Shown here in pieces: positions 1-12,721 of a stretch of 64,000 bases of DNA. The position numbers were made by a program, and so were the translations under genes. Location of the stretch: contig NC_083290.1 of the NCBI RefSeq assembly GCF_963506605.1, forward strand, positions 682,001 to 746,000. The letters are read 5' to 3'. Each line of letters opens with the position of its first letter. The stretch's first letter is position 1. This DNA is from Zootoca vivipara (Eukaryota). The notes under the pieces are model-generated. The model was given only the letters and a program-made list of their open reading frames with translations, was not told the DNA's origin and did no database searches.

Positions 1-3000
1 CTGTGGAGAAATAGCTGAAAGAAAAGAGCACAGGGGGCAGGAGGAGAAAGCGTCAAGCAAGGCAGAAGAGAAAGCGGAACTTGCTCCAACCATCATGGTG
101 AGAAATGGCAGCTCCAAGGAACCAGCTTCGGGAGGGAGGGAGGTGGGCAGCTTCATGGCATCTATTGCTACTAATCCAGAGCCTAAGGCGGGGGGCGGGG
201 CGGGGGGGGGGTCAAAACAAATGACAAAGGCTCCAGTAAAGGTGGGTGTTAAGGGGTGATATGATAGCCATGTTCAAATATATAAAAGGATGTCATATAG
301 AGGGTGAAAGGTTGTTTTCTGCTGCTCCAGAGAAGCGGACACGGAGCAATGGATTCAAGCTACAAGAAAGAAGATTCCACCTAAACATTAGGAAGAACTT
401 CCTGACAGTAAGAGCTGTTCGACAGTGGAATTTGCTACCAAGGAGTGTGGTGGAGTCTCCTTCTTTGGAGGTCTTTAAGTGGAGGCTTGACAGCCATCTG
501 TCAGGAATGCTTTGATGGTGTTTCCTGCTTGGCAGGGGGTTGGACTGGATGGCCCTTGTGGTCTCTTCCAACTCTATGATTCTATGATTCTATGTGAAGG
601 AAGCCAGAAATGCAGTTGTGGACAGGACCAAAAAATTGCTACAAGTCCTGACAGTCTTCACACATCCATACTGTCACAGGAACATTTACAAGAGCCAACA
701 TTCTCTGCCTGGTTGCCTTGAAGCAAAAAAATCTGCGGGCTCCTGTGGGCAGGCAGACAAGGATCCCTTTATAAGGCTGGGCTTGCAGAATATGGTCCGG
801 TGTCGTCCCTTTATAGTAGCACCGACTGCAACAGAGAGGGGGGCACTAACAAGAGAGGGTCCCAAGCTGGCCCAGCCCAGTGTAGAGCAAGAGGCTTCCA
901 ATGCCTCTGATTCCACCCCGCCACACAAAAAACCCACTTACCTGACCCGTGTCATATTTCCCATGCTGCTTTGGCACTTCAAATACACCCACCGTCTCCA
1001 GCACTTTGCCCTCAGGGCGGTTCCTAGGGTGAGGACAGAGAGAAGGCAGGGAGGGCGTGAGGCTCGCCCAGAGTGTTGGTCACTGAGTCGCAAAGTCTGA
1101 ACTGGCTTTGGATGTCGCCCCCCCCTTTCTCACAACCACAGCTCAGCTTTCAGACTCCTATTCAGCTGGCAGTCCAGTGGAGCTGCTCTGCCCCACGCAC
1201 AACAAATACAACAAGAAAGTAACAATGAATAAAGCTTCTTGTTTAAAGTTTAACTCCAGAGGTAACTGCAGTCACAATGGCCAAGAGCTCAGAAAGGAAC
1301 CGATAAACTCGGGAGGGAGGGAAGTCCACCGATGGATGTTTGTCGCAATAGTTAAAAGGAGTCTTGCACGTCCCGAAGCAGCATAGCTCTGGGGAGAAGA
1401 ACGCAGGGGAGTGTGCCTGTGGGTCCTGTTTTTGAAGGCTGAATTAGGGGCCAAAGGGAAATCTCATCTTGCACTGGCAAAGTCAGGCAGCAGTAAGCAG
1501 GCCTCAAAATGATTTGCGGCAGGCCAACAAGGTTCCTGACTACAAATGCTTTAAACCAGACCTCTCCAACCTGGTGCCTGGCAAATGTTTCGGACTACAA
1601 CTCCCATCAGCCCCCAGCATCCTACAGCCATGTTGGATGAGAGTTGTGGTTTAAAACACCTGGAGGGCCCTTGGTTGGAGAAGGCCAAGTTAAACAATAG
1701 CAAGAGGGTAGTGGCATCAATGACCAATGATACGTCATTCTAATGAGACTGGGAGGACTTCTCTCTCAAGGCACCTTTATGCATTGGGCTCCACCCCCAC
1801 AAGCCACTATTTTGCCTCTTGGTGTGGTCGGTAAAATTGCACACACCCAGGGATTGAAACTCCCATTGTTCTAGGCACATTAGCACCAGCGGTTTCGGAG
1901 CTCTGGTCGCAGTACTGTGCCTAAGATTTCAGATTAAACTGTCACTGCTGAAAGAAAACGAGGGCCTTTTTCTTCCTCCCCACCTCCAGCCACTTTCTGA
2001 AGACTGGAGAAGAGACCCTCTTAAGAATATTGGGAGGGGGGGTGGGCAGGGGAAGGGCACTAGACCATTTGAAAAATGAACAAAAGATTTTAGCTGCAGC
2101 TCATTCATTTTCAGCTTTGCATTCTTGTTATAAAAAAGCGCGCCTAGACATTTTGTTGTTGCTCCCATAACTTCAGTATAAGGTGCCATTTAGCTCCAGC
2201 TTTCATATTTCCGTTTCTAACACTGCACCCTCCCCCACAAAGCAGAGCCTGCAAGCAGATTTAGGAACTGTTAACCTCCAGGGACAGCTTGTTGTTGCTG
2301 TTTAGTTGTGTCCGACTCTTCATGATCCCATGGACCATAGCACGCCAGGCACTCCTGTCTTCCACTGCCTCCCGCAGTTTGGTCAAACTCATGTTCGTAG
2401 CTTCGAGAACACTGTCCAACCATCTCATCCTCTGTCGTCCCCTTCTCCTAGTGCCCTCCATCTTTCCCAGCATCAGGGTCTTTTCCAGGGAGTCTTCTCT
2501 TCTCATGAGGTGGCCAAAGTATTGGAGCCTCAGCTTCACGATCTGTCCTTCCAGTGAGCACTCAGGGCTGATTTCCTTCAGAATGGATGTTGTTTGATCT
2601 TCTTGCAGTCCATGGGACTCTCAAGAGTCTCCTCCAGCACCGTAATTCAAAAGCATCAATTATTTGGCGATCAGCCTTCTTTATGGTCCAGCTCTCACTT
2701 CCATACATCATTACTGGGAAAACCATAGCTTGAACTATACGGACCTTTGTCGGCAAGGTGATGTCTCTGCTTTTTAAGATGCTGTCTAGGTTTGTCATTG
2801 CTTTTCTCCCAAGAAGCAGGCGTCTTTTAATTTCATGACTGCTGTCACCTTCTGCAGTGATCATGGAGCCCAAGAAAGTAAAATCTCTCACTGCCTCCAT
2901 TTCTTCCCCTTCTACTTGCCAGGAGGTGATGGGACCAGTGGCCATGATATTGGTTTTTTTATATATTGAGCTTCATACCATATTTTGCGCTCTCCTCTTT

Positions 3001-4407
3001 CATCCTCATTAAAAGGTTCTTTAATTCCTCCTCACTTTCTGCCATCAAGGTTGTGTCATCTGCATATCTGAGGTTGCTGATATTTCTTCCGGCAATCTTA
3101 ATTCCTGCTTTGGATTCATCTAGTCCAGCCTTTCGCATGATGAATTCTGCATATAAGTTAAATAAGCAGGGAGACAATATACAACCTTGTCGTACTCCTT
3201 TCCCAATTTTGAACCAGTCAGTTATTCCGTATCCGGTTCTAACTGTAGCTTCTTGTCCCACATAGAGATCTCTCAGGAGACAGATGAGGTGATCAGGCAC
3301 TCCCATTTCTTTAAGAACTTGCCATAGTTTGCTGTGGTCGACACAGTCAAAGGCTTTTGCATAGTCAATGAAGCAGAAGTAGACGTTTTTCTGGAACTCT
3401 CTAGCTTTCTCCATAATCCAGCGCATGTTTGCTATTTGGTCTCTGGTTCCTCTGCCCTTTCGAAATCCAGCTTGCACTTCTGGGAGTTCTCGGTCCACAT
3501 ACTGCCTAAGCCTGCCTTGTAGAATTTTTAAGCATAACCTTGCTAGCGTGTGAAATGAGCGCAATTGTGCGGTAGTTGGAGCATTCTTTGGCACTGCCCT
3601 TCTTTGGAATTGGGATGTAGACTGATCTTCTCCAATCCTCTGGCCATTGCTGAGTTTTCCAAACTTGCTGGCATATTGGGTGTAGCACCTTAACAGCATC
3701 ATCTTTTAAAATTTTAAATAGTTCAGCTGGAATATCATCACTTCCACTGGCCTTGTTATTAGCAGTGCTTTCTAAGGCCCATTTGACGTCACTCTCCAGG
3801 ATGTCTGGCTCAAGGTCAGCAACCACACTACCTGGGGTGTACGAGACATACCTATGAGCAGCTTAACAGGGTATACCCATTTGGCAACTGTTCATGCGAG
3901 AATTTTGGGGGGATCCCGATCAGAGCCCTTGTGGAATTTCCTAGGCCTCAATGGATACCCTCACCTCCACTTTGGATACAGCCAGAAATCGTTGGAATGT
4001 GGGGGAGGGGGTCATCCTGAAAAGGTAAGACCCCTCCCCCCATTCCCCACCAGTACCCTCAAGCCCCTCTTCCCAGCTGTGCCCCCGACCCCACACAAGC
4101 CCCTCCCCTCCCACAAGCCCCTCCCCCTCCCACAAGCCCCTCCCTCCTCGAAGCCCCTCCCTCTGCCGTGGCCCCTCCTCCTCTCCGCTCACCGTGAGGA
4201 AAGGGCCCTCCTGGGGATCAGGCCAGGCCACGCCCACAGGCTCGTCCCGCGCGCCGCCCCTCGCAGCGCCGCCGCTCCTCCGCAGGGCAGCCCTGAGCCG
4301 CACGAAGACGACGACGACGACGACGAGGAGGCCCTGGCCCGGCTTAGCGCCACGGCCGCCCAGCACCGGCTTCGGGCCGCTGCCGCCGCGCAGGCCGCTG
4401 ATGCCAT
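1..4407 (-). CDS. POLDIP2: Polymerase delta-interacting protein 2, 5' part. Coding exons 4407-4193, 1023-942 and 14-1 (exon 3 runs off the window edge).
   Basis: Spliced translation MASAACAAAAARSRCW...RRALSSR|NRPEGKVLETVGVFEVPKQHGKYDTGQ|LFLH matches the POLDIP2 N-terminus. Donors are at 4192 (GTGAG) and 941 (GTAAG), acceptors at 1024 and 15, and phases are compatible. Head-to-head with TMEM199 as in other amniotes. Confidence 0.96.
246..593 (+). mobile_element. CR1 LINE 3' fragment
   Basis: ORF2 C-terminus [11 protein letters not shown]...[23 protein letters not shown] followed by an (ATTCTATG)n tail. Confidence 0.9.
2289..3850 (-). mobile_element. RTE-BovB LINE, 5'-truncated and frameshifted
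   Basis: RT peptides QAGFRKGRGTRDQIAN, FIDYAKAFD, GVRQGCILSP and LRYADD are split over several frames; (CAA)n tail. Confidence 0.95.
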
Positions 4408-5120
4408 CCCGCGGCCCTGGCGCAAGAGAGGCTTCAGGAGGCGCCCACAATGCACCTCGCGCCCGCGCCGCAGCCCCACTTCGTCGTCGTCGCCTGAGAG
4501 GAGGAGACGGCGGGGTCGCTCTGGCCCGCGCGTATGCCATGGAGAGGGGAAGGCTTCCGGGTCACTCGCTCGGCGCCGCTTTCTCCACCACAGAGATAAG
4601 AACGTGTAGAAGGAGCCCGAATGGGAGTTTCCGGGGTTGTTCCTCACTCAACCCTCCAACTTCCACCCGGGTTTAAATGATGATAAACAATTGTGTTTTC
4701 GGGAAATAGACCGGAGTTTGGAAAAGGGTTTGGATGACACAGGCCGCGGAGTGAACCCGGAATATGCTTCTCAGGGCGACGAGGCGTCCTCTCTTCCCTT
4801 TTGTTACCTCTGTGTTCACCTCCTTCTTCGGGTCTCCGCGGTAACCCCAGTCAGATTCTTCCCCGCCCACTTCAGGCAACGAGCGGTCATATGACCAGCG
4901 ACACTTCCAAGATGGCGACCTCCCTGAAGGTGGGACCTGCGCTGCGGCGGCTCCTGCGGGGCTCCGAGGTGCAGCGGCTGCCGGAGGAGCTGCGGGCCGA
5001 GCTGGAGGCGGCCCTCGCCGAAGAGGAGCCCCGCTTGTCATTCCACTTCGTCCGAAAGCTCCACCGAGCTCTGCGGGAGGCGGGTGAGGAGAGCGGGTGA
5101 CCTTCGGGGCAGGGCAGGGA
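4190..5120. promoter_or_regulatory. CpG island and bidirectional promoter of POLDIP2/TMEM199
   Basis: Divergent ATGs are ~500 bp apart (4407 and 4912) in CpG-dense DNA. ETS-like TTCCGG/CCGGAA cores are present, and a YY1-type AAGATGGCG overlaps the TMEM199 start (4909-4917). Confidence 0.8.
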
Positions 5121-8100
5121 GTTCACCCCGCACCCCCGCTTGTGACTTTCCCCTCTAATGCTTGTCCGAAAGAAGCTGCCTTCTTTCCTCCACCCCTGTG
5201 TGCTTCCTCTCGAGTAAACTAACCAATGCTTAGAAGGGGCTCCTGCATATAGATATAATTGTAGTCATGTCACGTGTTTTCATAAAGGAGCTCAAGATAA
5301 TCTACATGGTTCTTCTCCCCCACCCCACCCTGGTTATTTTATCCACAGAACACTCATGTGAGGTTGTTTAGAGAGAGAGAGAGCGACAGAGAGAGAATGT
5401 GACTGAGCCAGGGCCACCCAGTGAACTTCATGGCTGAGTCGGCATTTGATCCTTGATCTGCTTGGTCTCTCTGCCCAAGACTCTTAAGCACTACACCACA
5501 CCGACTCTACACTCAAAACACTACTACACCCTACATAGCATAGGGTGCACCATGGTGTACACACTTATTGGGGAACAAAATATGTTGACATGGGGGTGAA
5601 TCGTAAAGGGAAACAGGGTGGTCCTCCTCAAAAACCTTTAAAGAGCCCATGTGATGCCCTAGCCTGGAGGGTGCGGGGTGAGCGAGGCAGGACCTCGATT
5701 CAAAACTCTTGCTTAGTTTTGAAGCTCTCACCGGGGGGGGGGGGGCTTGAGTCAGCTGCACTGTCTCCCTTTACCACACCTTACATGCTTGTTAGGATAC
5801 AAGTGTTCACATTTCCAACCAGTTATGAAGGGCTTGCTTGGTGACCTTGGAGCCAGTCACTATCTCTCAGCCTATCCTACCGTACAGGTTTGTCATGAAG
5901 GTGAACCGGTTTCCCTGCTGTGCACATGTGGAAGGGCAGGACTTCAATCCTAAATTCTCCAGTGAATCAAGGTGAAAACCTTCCCCACACCGGAGACCCT
6001 GGAGCGCAGCTACCAGTCAAAGCAGATAGTACTGGCCTAAATGGACAAAGAATCCGACCTAGGATAAGGCCATTATCTATGTGCATAACATATCTTTCAA
6101 ATTCCTTTGGCCCAGAATTCTTATTGGTGACACACCTTTTTTTTAACTCCTAGGTTCTCAGGTATATCTTCATGAACTGCTGGAAGGCAGTGAGATCTTC
6201 CTTCCTGAAGAGAAAAAGCCTCCCAGGGTTTGTATGAAGCACTTACCTTTTTAATAAAAATAACTAGGTGGTTGGAATCTTTGTGGCTTCTGATGTATAA
6301 AAGGCTTTGATAAGGAGATAACTTTGCTTCTCCAAACACACACACATGTCTAGTTACATGTATCTTAGGAAGCCTAAATCTCTCCACTCTCCCAACAAAT
6401 ATTTGACATAAAACAGTGAAATTGCTGTTCCATTGCAAGTTTGTCTTCTGTTTCAGAATCCAGAATTAGTAGCCCGGTTAGAAAAGATCAAGGCCAGGCT
6501 AGCCAATGAGGAATACAAGAAGATAACAAGGAACATCAACTGCCAGGTGAGGGGAAAATATAAACCTCAACCGTCCCATCCTTAGCAAAGATCAGCCTGA
6601 TCTTACTTAAGACATCTGCAGATATCTACGTGATACGGCTCTGCTTTGAGGAAGGGTTGGTGGATGTGGATACCGACCCTTAGTGAAGGGCACAGGGGTT
6701 CTGGAATGAAGAATTTGTGGTAAGAATGCAAAGGAACATAATAAAGATTAAGCTTCAGGGTGAGGCCCTTTCCTTTGGGGAGGGAGCCGGAGCTCAGTGG
6801 TAGAGCCCCTGCTTTGCATGCAGAAGGTTCCAGGTACAACCCCCAATGACTCTCGGTAGGGCTGGGAGGACTCCCTGCCTGAAACCCTGGAGAGCCTCTG
6901 CCAGCGTATGCAGTATTGAACTAGATCAGGCATCCCCAGACTTCGGCCCTCCAGATGTTTTGGACTACAATTCCCATCATCCCTGACTACTGGTCCTCTT
7001 AGCTAGGGATCATGGGAGTTGTAGGCGAAAACATCTGGAGGGCCGCAGTTTGGGGATGCCTGAACTAGATGGACCACAGATGTGAGTCAGTACTGTATAA
7101 GGCAGCTTCCTATTTTCCTGTTCATAGAGTTGCTATATAGGCAGCTAATCTCTGGTTAGCATTAAGTATATGTGGTGTGACTTGCACAGTTACTGTAGTT
7201 TCTGCCGTGGGATTTGGGATTAGAGCTCCACATTTTATATCTGACGGCCTAGGTGACATTTTCACACTACACCTGGGAAGAAGGGAAGGCCTTTCTTTGC
7301 CTTGGTCCTGAAGCTGCTTTGTTGCCAAGCAGAACAGAGGAAAGCCCTGTAAGAAGCTCTTTTCTCTCTCTTTCTTTTAGGAACTGAACCGATACGGCAC
7401 TTTGGCTGACCTTGGAAGGCAAGGTGGGTTTCTGTGTTAAGAGCAGGTGGCATGTTGAGGCAAGGAGAGGACCGATGGATGGGTGGTTGTGAGAGAGGGA
7501 AAGTAAGGCATATCCATTAAAGGTGACAGAAAGGGTGGGGAGGGAACTGCGGGAAGGGGAGAGGAGAGTCCCAAGGGAGGGAGAACCTTCGTTAAATTGA
7601 TAGCAGCTCCTATGCATGTCTTTTCGGAAGTAAGGCCCATTCATTAGAATGGGACGTATCTCAAGTAAGTATGCAACTTTAGTATTTCAGCCTTGATTTG
7701 AAATTTATTCAATAAAATCTCTACACCATTTGATTGTGAAAAAAAAAACTTTACAGCAGTTTACAAAAAAGGTGAAAATACAAAGAAAAAAATAGCAATA
7801 AGCACTTTTAAGAAGTTAAATTAACAATTAGGAGCAGATTAAAACTCACATCAACTTTCTTAATGCCCAAGTAGACTCTGGAATGAATTTTGCTTTTATT
7901 TAGCCGTTTTAAAAATCAGATAAAGTACAAGTCTCCGCAAACTAAGAGGGAAAACAACCCTTTTCATTTTAGAACCACGAAAATATGTCACTTCAATGTG
8001 GAAGAATCTGAGGAGTTTCTTCAAGCTTCATCATCCCAAAAAGGGGCAACAAAGTCCAACTGCCACCTATGTTAGGTTCTGAGGGGGATGAACTTTCCCC

Positions 8101-11100
8101 AGAAATCCTGCTCATTTTAATTTCAGGCAAGTTGATATTGTGGGGGGGGGGGCAAGAGTCACAGAGAGAAGGGAGTTGAAGAGACAGCACAAGGTAGAAG
8201 AAAGAGCAGAGCAAAAAAGGAAAGGGAGACAGAGAAGATGCTGAGAGAAAGGGCAGAAATGTTTGAGGAGATAAAGAGGGCCTAAATAGGAGATAAAGAG
8301 CCTGATGGATCAGGTCAGTGCCCATCTAGCCCAGGATCCTGCTCTCAGAGTCGCCAGCCAGATGCCTGTGAGAAACCAGCCAGCAGGATTCAAACACAAG
8401 AGCAACTCTCCTCTCCTGTGGTTTCCCGCAACTGGTATTCGGAAGCATTGTTGCTTGTGACAGCGAAGGCAGATCCTAGCCACCCTGGCTAATAACCCTC
8501 AATACCCCTCTATGAGGATGCGGGTGGCGCTGTGGGCTAAACCACTGAGCCCAGGGCTTGCCGATCAGAAGGTCGGCGGTTTGAATCCCTGCGACGGGGT
8601 GAGCTCTTGTTGTTCGGTCCCTCCTCCTGCCAACCTAGCAGTTTGATAGCTCGTCAAAGTGCAAGTAGATAAATAGGTACTGCTCCAGTGGGAAGGTAAA
8701 CGGCGTTTCCGTGCACTGCTCTGGTTCGCCAGAAGCAGCTTAGTCATGCTGGCCACGTGACCCGGAAGCTGCACGCCGGCTCCCTCGGCCAATAAAGCGA
8801 GATGAGCGCCACAACCCCAGAGTCGTCCGCGACTGGACCTAACAGTCAGGGGTCCCTTTACCTTTTAGCCCTCTATGAATTTGCTCAATTCTCTTTCAAT
8901 GCCTTGTGGGAGGGAGTTCCATAGATTAGCTGTGTGCTGAATGAAGAAAGACGTTCTCTCATCTGTCCTGATTCTTCCAGCAGAAAGAAAGAAAGAGGCA
9001 AAAGGCAGGCAGCTGGTGATAGGACTGTGAAGGAAGACGAGATGAACGAGACAACAGATAAAGGATTGAGAAAGTGCAAGGAGGAGTCACAGATGGAGGG
9101 CAAAAAGTGCAAGGAAGAAGGTAGAGAGGAAAAGGCACCAGCAGGCGACAGATGGGTTGGTCTCTGGCTTTAGGGGTTGGACTAGATGACCCCAGAGGTC
9201 CCTTCCAACTCTGCAACTCCATGAGAAAGAAAGAAAGGCAGGGAAGGTTATGGAAAGAGAGAGAGAGAGAGAGAAGCTTTTTGTTGCTGTTAAGGAAAGG
9301 CAGACATAATGGTGGTGATGACTTGTCCTCTAGCTCAGTATCAACCACGGGCATAGAGAAGACGATAGAACTATGAAAAGGGTTCAGAGGTTTTGGCCAA
9401 CTATTAAATGAAAGATGGGTTTACTTGGTTCCAACTACTACATATAATATTGGGGGGGAAAACAATAGCATGCCAGTACCGCAATGTGGGTAATATGTGG
9501 TGAAACTCCAGCACTGTTAAGTTAAAATTGAAAGTAAGAATGGGTCCAATGTTCCTGTTTGGGGGTCAGAGGTCTGGACTGGTCGGGTCTGGACTGGTTA
9601 AAGACCAACAGGTGTAGACAATACGAAGCTCTAGGGAACCATGTTCCAACTTGTATTGTGGCAGCTGCCTCTGTTCCTGTTGAAAGCCAGTCCCTTTGGT
9701 CAGAGCCATGAGGGCTGTTAGGGGAAGGGCTGCGTGTCCCTGGCAGAGCCCCCACTTTCCATGCCTATGGCCCCAGGTTCAATTCCACAACGTCCCCAGG
9801 TTGGGCTGGGAAGGAGCCCCTGCCTGAGCGCCTGGAGAGCCACTTCTGCCGGTCAGGGCAGGCCACACTGAACTGGATGGCCCTATTTGCTTATTTCATA
9901 ACGTTTACACGCTGCTTGATTGTAAAAGAACCCCCAAATTCGCAAGTTAAAACTTTCAATAACAATTGACTAAAAACTAGCGTAGGCTTGTCTAAAGAAT
10001 GTTTTTTAGCAGGCGCTGAAGAGAGCACAGGGAAGGCAAACTCCTTGATATCAACAGGCAGGGAGTTCCCAAGTTTCCAATGTTCTAACCCAGTATATAG
10101 CAGCTTCCTGTGATGCGCGAGGAGGAGTACAGCAGTGGGGTAATGAGGTGGGCAGAACTCATTTCAGAGGGGCAGGAGATTCCTTTTCCTTCTTTGGGTT
10201 TCAGTCATAGGGAATGGACCTTGCTGGGCCTGTGTCACACACACTGCCTCTGCTTTTCCCAGTGAGGTCCACCAAAGCCTTGGTTGTCACCATCGTCAAC
10301 TTCCTGGTCACGGTGGGGGCCACATTTGCCTGCACCTACCTGGGCTCCCAGTACGTCTTCGTGGAAATGGCACCGGTGAGTGGCAGCTGGGCCAGGGGGG
10401 GGGACTGTGCAGGGGACAGGGAGAGACTTAAGGAAAACTCTGGGTATTCCATGGGTGGGGGTGAGGGGCAGCTCTCTTGAACAACGTAGAGGTCAACATT
10501 TCCAAGGACATTGAGAAGCTGGAACAGGGCAGCCAAGATGGTGAAGGGTCTGGAGACAAAGCCTGATGAGGAACAGTTGAAGGAGCTAAAATAAAAAAAT
10601 TCCTTCAGTAGCACCTTAAAGACCAACTAAGTTTTTATTTTGGTATGAGCTTTCGTGTGCATGCACACTTCTTCAGATACAGTGAAATGGAAGTTGAAGG
10701 AGCTGGTGATGTGTAGCCTGGAGAAGAAGAGATAGGAGAGTCATCTTCAAATATCTCAAGGGCTATGGCACAGAAGAGGGAACAAGCTTGCTTTCTCCTC
10801 CTCTGGAGGGTAGGACTCGAACTCATGGCTTCAAGTTACAAGAAGGGAGATGGAAGAACAGTAAGAGCTGTTGAGAGGGGGTGGACTCTCCTTCCTTTCA
10901 GGTTCTTTAGGCAGAGGTTGGATGGCCACCTGTCTTGGATGCTTTAGCTGAGATCCCTGCATTGCAGGGGGCTGGATGACCCTTGGGGGCCCTTTCCAAC
11001 TCTACAAGCCTATGATCCTGCAATTCCTCCCACTAGTGCATTTTTATGTAAAAGGGGGAGGGGAAGCCTTTAGTTCTGAATCCAAAAAAGGCAAAGGTTC

Positions 11101-11359
11101 TGACTCTAACGCTAGATGCACCCCCCAAAAGAGTACAGATTAGCCCTGACCCCCCCCCAAAAAAAAGTCCAGAGCAGAAGCAAGGCAGGATGTCTTTTAA
11201 CTGCAACTCACCTGGCAGAGGCGTCTGAGGCTGAGCTGACTTCCTTTCCCCTCTTCCTTCCAGCGTGTCCTGTCAGCCGTGGTTGTGGCCTCCGTCGTGG
11301 GCTTGGCTGAGCTCTACGTGATGGTTCGGAACCTGGAAGGAGAACTGGGGGAGCCCTAG
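4912..11359 (+). CDS. TMEM199: TMEM199 / VMA12 V-ATPase assembly factor, ~195 aa. Exons 4912-5083, 6154-6227, 6457-6546, 7381-7423, 10263-10375, 11264-11359.
   Basis: Contains [45 protein letters not shown], two TM segments ([23 protein letters not shown]; [21 protein letters not shown]) and ends LEGELGEP*. All introns GT-AG; 588 nt in frame. An in-frame upstream ATG lies at 4891. Confidence 0.96.
6927..7062. mobile_element. hAT-type MITE
   Basis: TIRs CAGGCATCCCC...GGGGATGCCTG with a perfect 8-bp TSD AACTAGAT (6919-6926 / 7063-7070). Confidence 0.9.
8516..8868 (+). mobile_element. Sauria SINE, full length
   Basis: tRNA-like head GGTGGCGCTGTGGG...GGTTTGAATCCC and CCTTTA tail. 10-bp TSD CCCTCTATGA (8506-8515 / 8869-8878). 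Inserted into an older CR1 tail. Confidence 0.9.
10588..10691 (-). mobile_element. Penelope-like element fragment inserted in a CR1 remnant
   Basis: 13-bp direct repeat AGTTGAAGGAGCT (10575-10587 / 10692-10704). Same family as 25540-26060. Carries a hammerhead motif. Confidence 0.75.
10643..10680 (-). ncRNA. Candidate minimal type-I hammerhead ribozyme
   Basis: GUAU-CUGAAGA-A-GUGUGCAUGCACAC-GAAA-GC-UC/AUAC: full catalytic core, 4-bp stem I, palindromic stem II and a palindromic AGCU mini helix III. Confidence 0.65.
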
Positions 11360-11990
11360 CCAAGGAGCCCTTCCTGGCTGGCCTTTCTCTCGGCCTGCTC
11401 TCTCCGCCCTTCATCCTTGCTGCTCCCCACTCATGGCCAGGGAGGCAGGGTCAGCCACCAGAGGCCGCCGGCCGATCCCAGTACAAACCACCAAGGAGGA
11501 GCAGGACCTTCTCTCTGCAACTTCTTCCTCCCGCAGCTACGTACAAGTGGGCTCTTTTTCCTTCCCCTGAGGTGCTGTGAAAAGCCTTTCCCCAACAGGC
11601 CTCCCTTTTCTCTGGCACAAATAATCTGGTGTGTTTACAGTGGTGTGGGTTTTTTCCCCCTGCAGGCACTGAAGCTGGACTAGGGGATAGGGGTGGGGGA
11701 AGCAACTTCACACCAACAGGAGAAGATTTCTCTTTGTGCATCTGTCACACCCACAAGCTGCAAGGTTGCTGTTCCCAAAGAGTTGGCCACCTGAGCAAGA
11801 GCGATTACTTTTGTTGCCCTTTGGCAAACACAAAGGGACACACCATTTTGCTGTTACACCAAGCCCGGCAAGCAACTGTGAAAGGCCGCATCCTATCCCT
11901 TACAGTTTGGAGGTGCTTCCCCCCCCCCTCCGCAAACCGCCATCCTCCGGGTGTCGTCTTAATGTATAGAAATCAACCTTTGTTATGTGC

Positions 11991-11996
11991 AATAAA
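11991..11996 (+). terminator. Likely TMEM199 polyadenylation signal
   Basis: AATAAA ~630 nt after the stop codon. Confidence 0.6.
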
Positions 11997-12400
11997 CGGA
12001 TCAAAATCTGTTGAAGCTGCAACTCAGGCAGGTCTCTAGCAGCAGGTGGGGGGAGGTTGTGGGGGGAGAGGGGAAGGCTAGAAATTCTCATTGATGAAGG
12101 GATTGTAGATGGAGGAATTTGCTATGTAATGGTGACCAGTATATTATATGGGATAACAAACTGTGTTTTGGGGCTGGAGGGGTGAGCTTTTGTCCCGTTT
12201 TAGATCCCGAGAAGCAAAATAATTGTATGCTTCACCTTCGTTGGAAGATTCGGGACAGGCAAAAGAAAGTCATGGTTGAAACTATGGAACTTGCTCCTGC
12301 AAGAGGCAAGGATGCCCATCCACTTGGATGGCTTTAAATGGGGATTAGGCAAATTCAGAGGAGGCTCTCATGATGGCTGTGCTCTTGAGAGGCGGTAATG

Positions 12401-12618
12401 CTTCTCGGTAGTGGCGCCCGCCCTGTGGAACGCCCTCCCACCAGATGTCAAAAAGAAAAATAGCTACCAGACTTTTAGAGGACATCTGAAGGCAGCCCTG
12501 TTTAGGGAAGCTTTTAGTCTTTAAGAAATTAGTGTGTTTTAATATTTCTGTTGGAAGCCGCCCAGAGTGGCTGGGGAAACCCAGCCAGATGGGCGGGGTA
12601 TAAATAATAATAATAATA

Positions 12619-12653
<35 letters not shown>
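12401..12653 (+). mobile_element. L2 LINE 3' end
   Basis: Encodes [13 protein letters not shown]; (TAA)/(TTA)n tail. Confidence 0.85.
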
Positions 12654-12658
<5 letters not shown>

Positions 12659-12721
12659 TTGCTTGAGGGCTTCCTATAATGGGCATCTAGTTGGCCACTG
12701 TGAGAACAGGATGCTGGACTA

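Noticed and set aside
2562-3826. RT-containing ORFs as a novel retron-like or domesticated gene
   Set aside because: A frameshifted, 5'-truncated ordinary BovB copy. The same applies to the CR1 RT at 12918-13863.
3854-4676. Several overlapping 150-250 aa ORFs
   Set aside because: GC-rich promoter shadow ORFs. Only the frame matching POLDIP2 exon 1 is supported.
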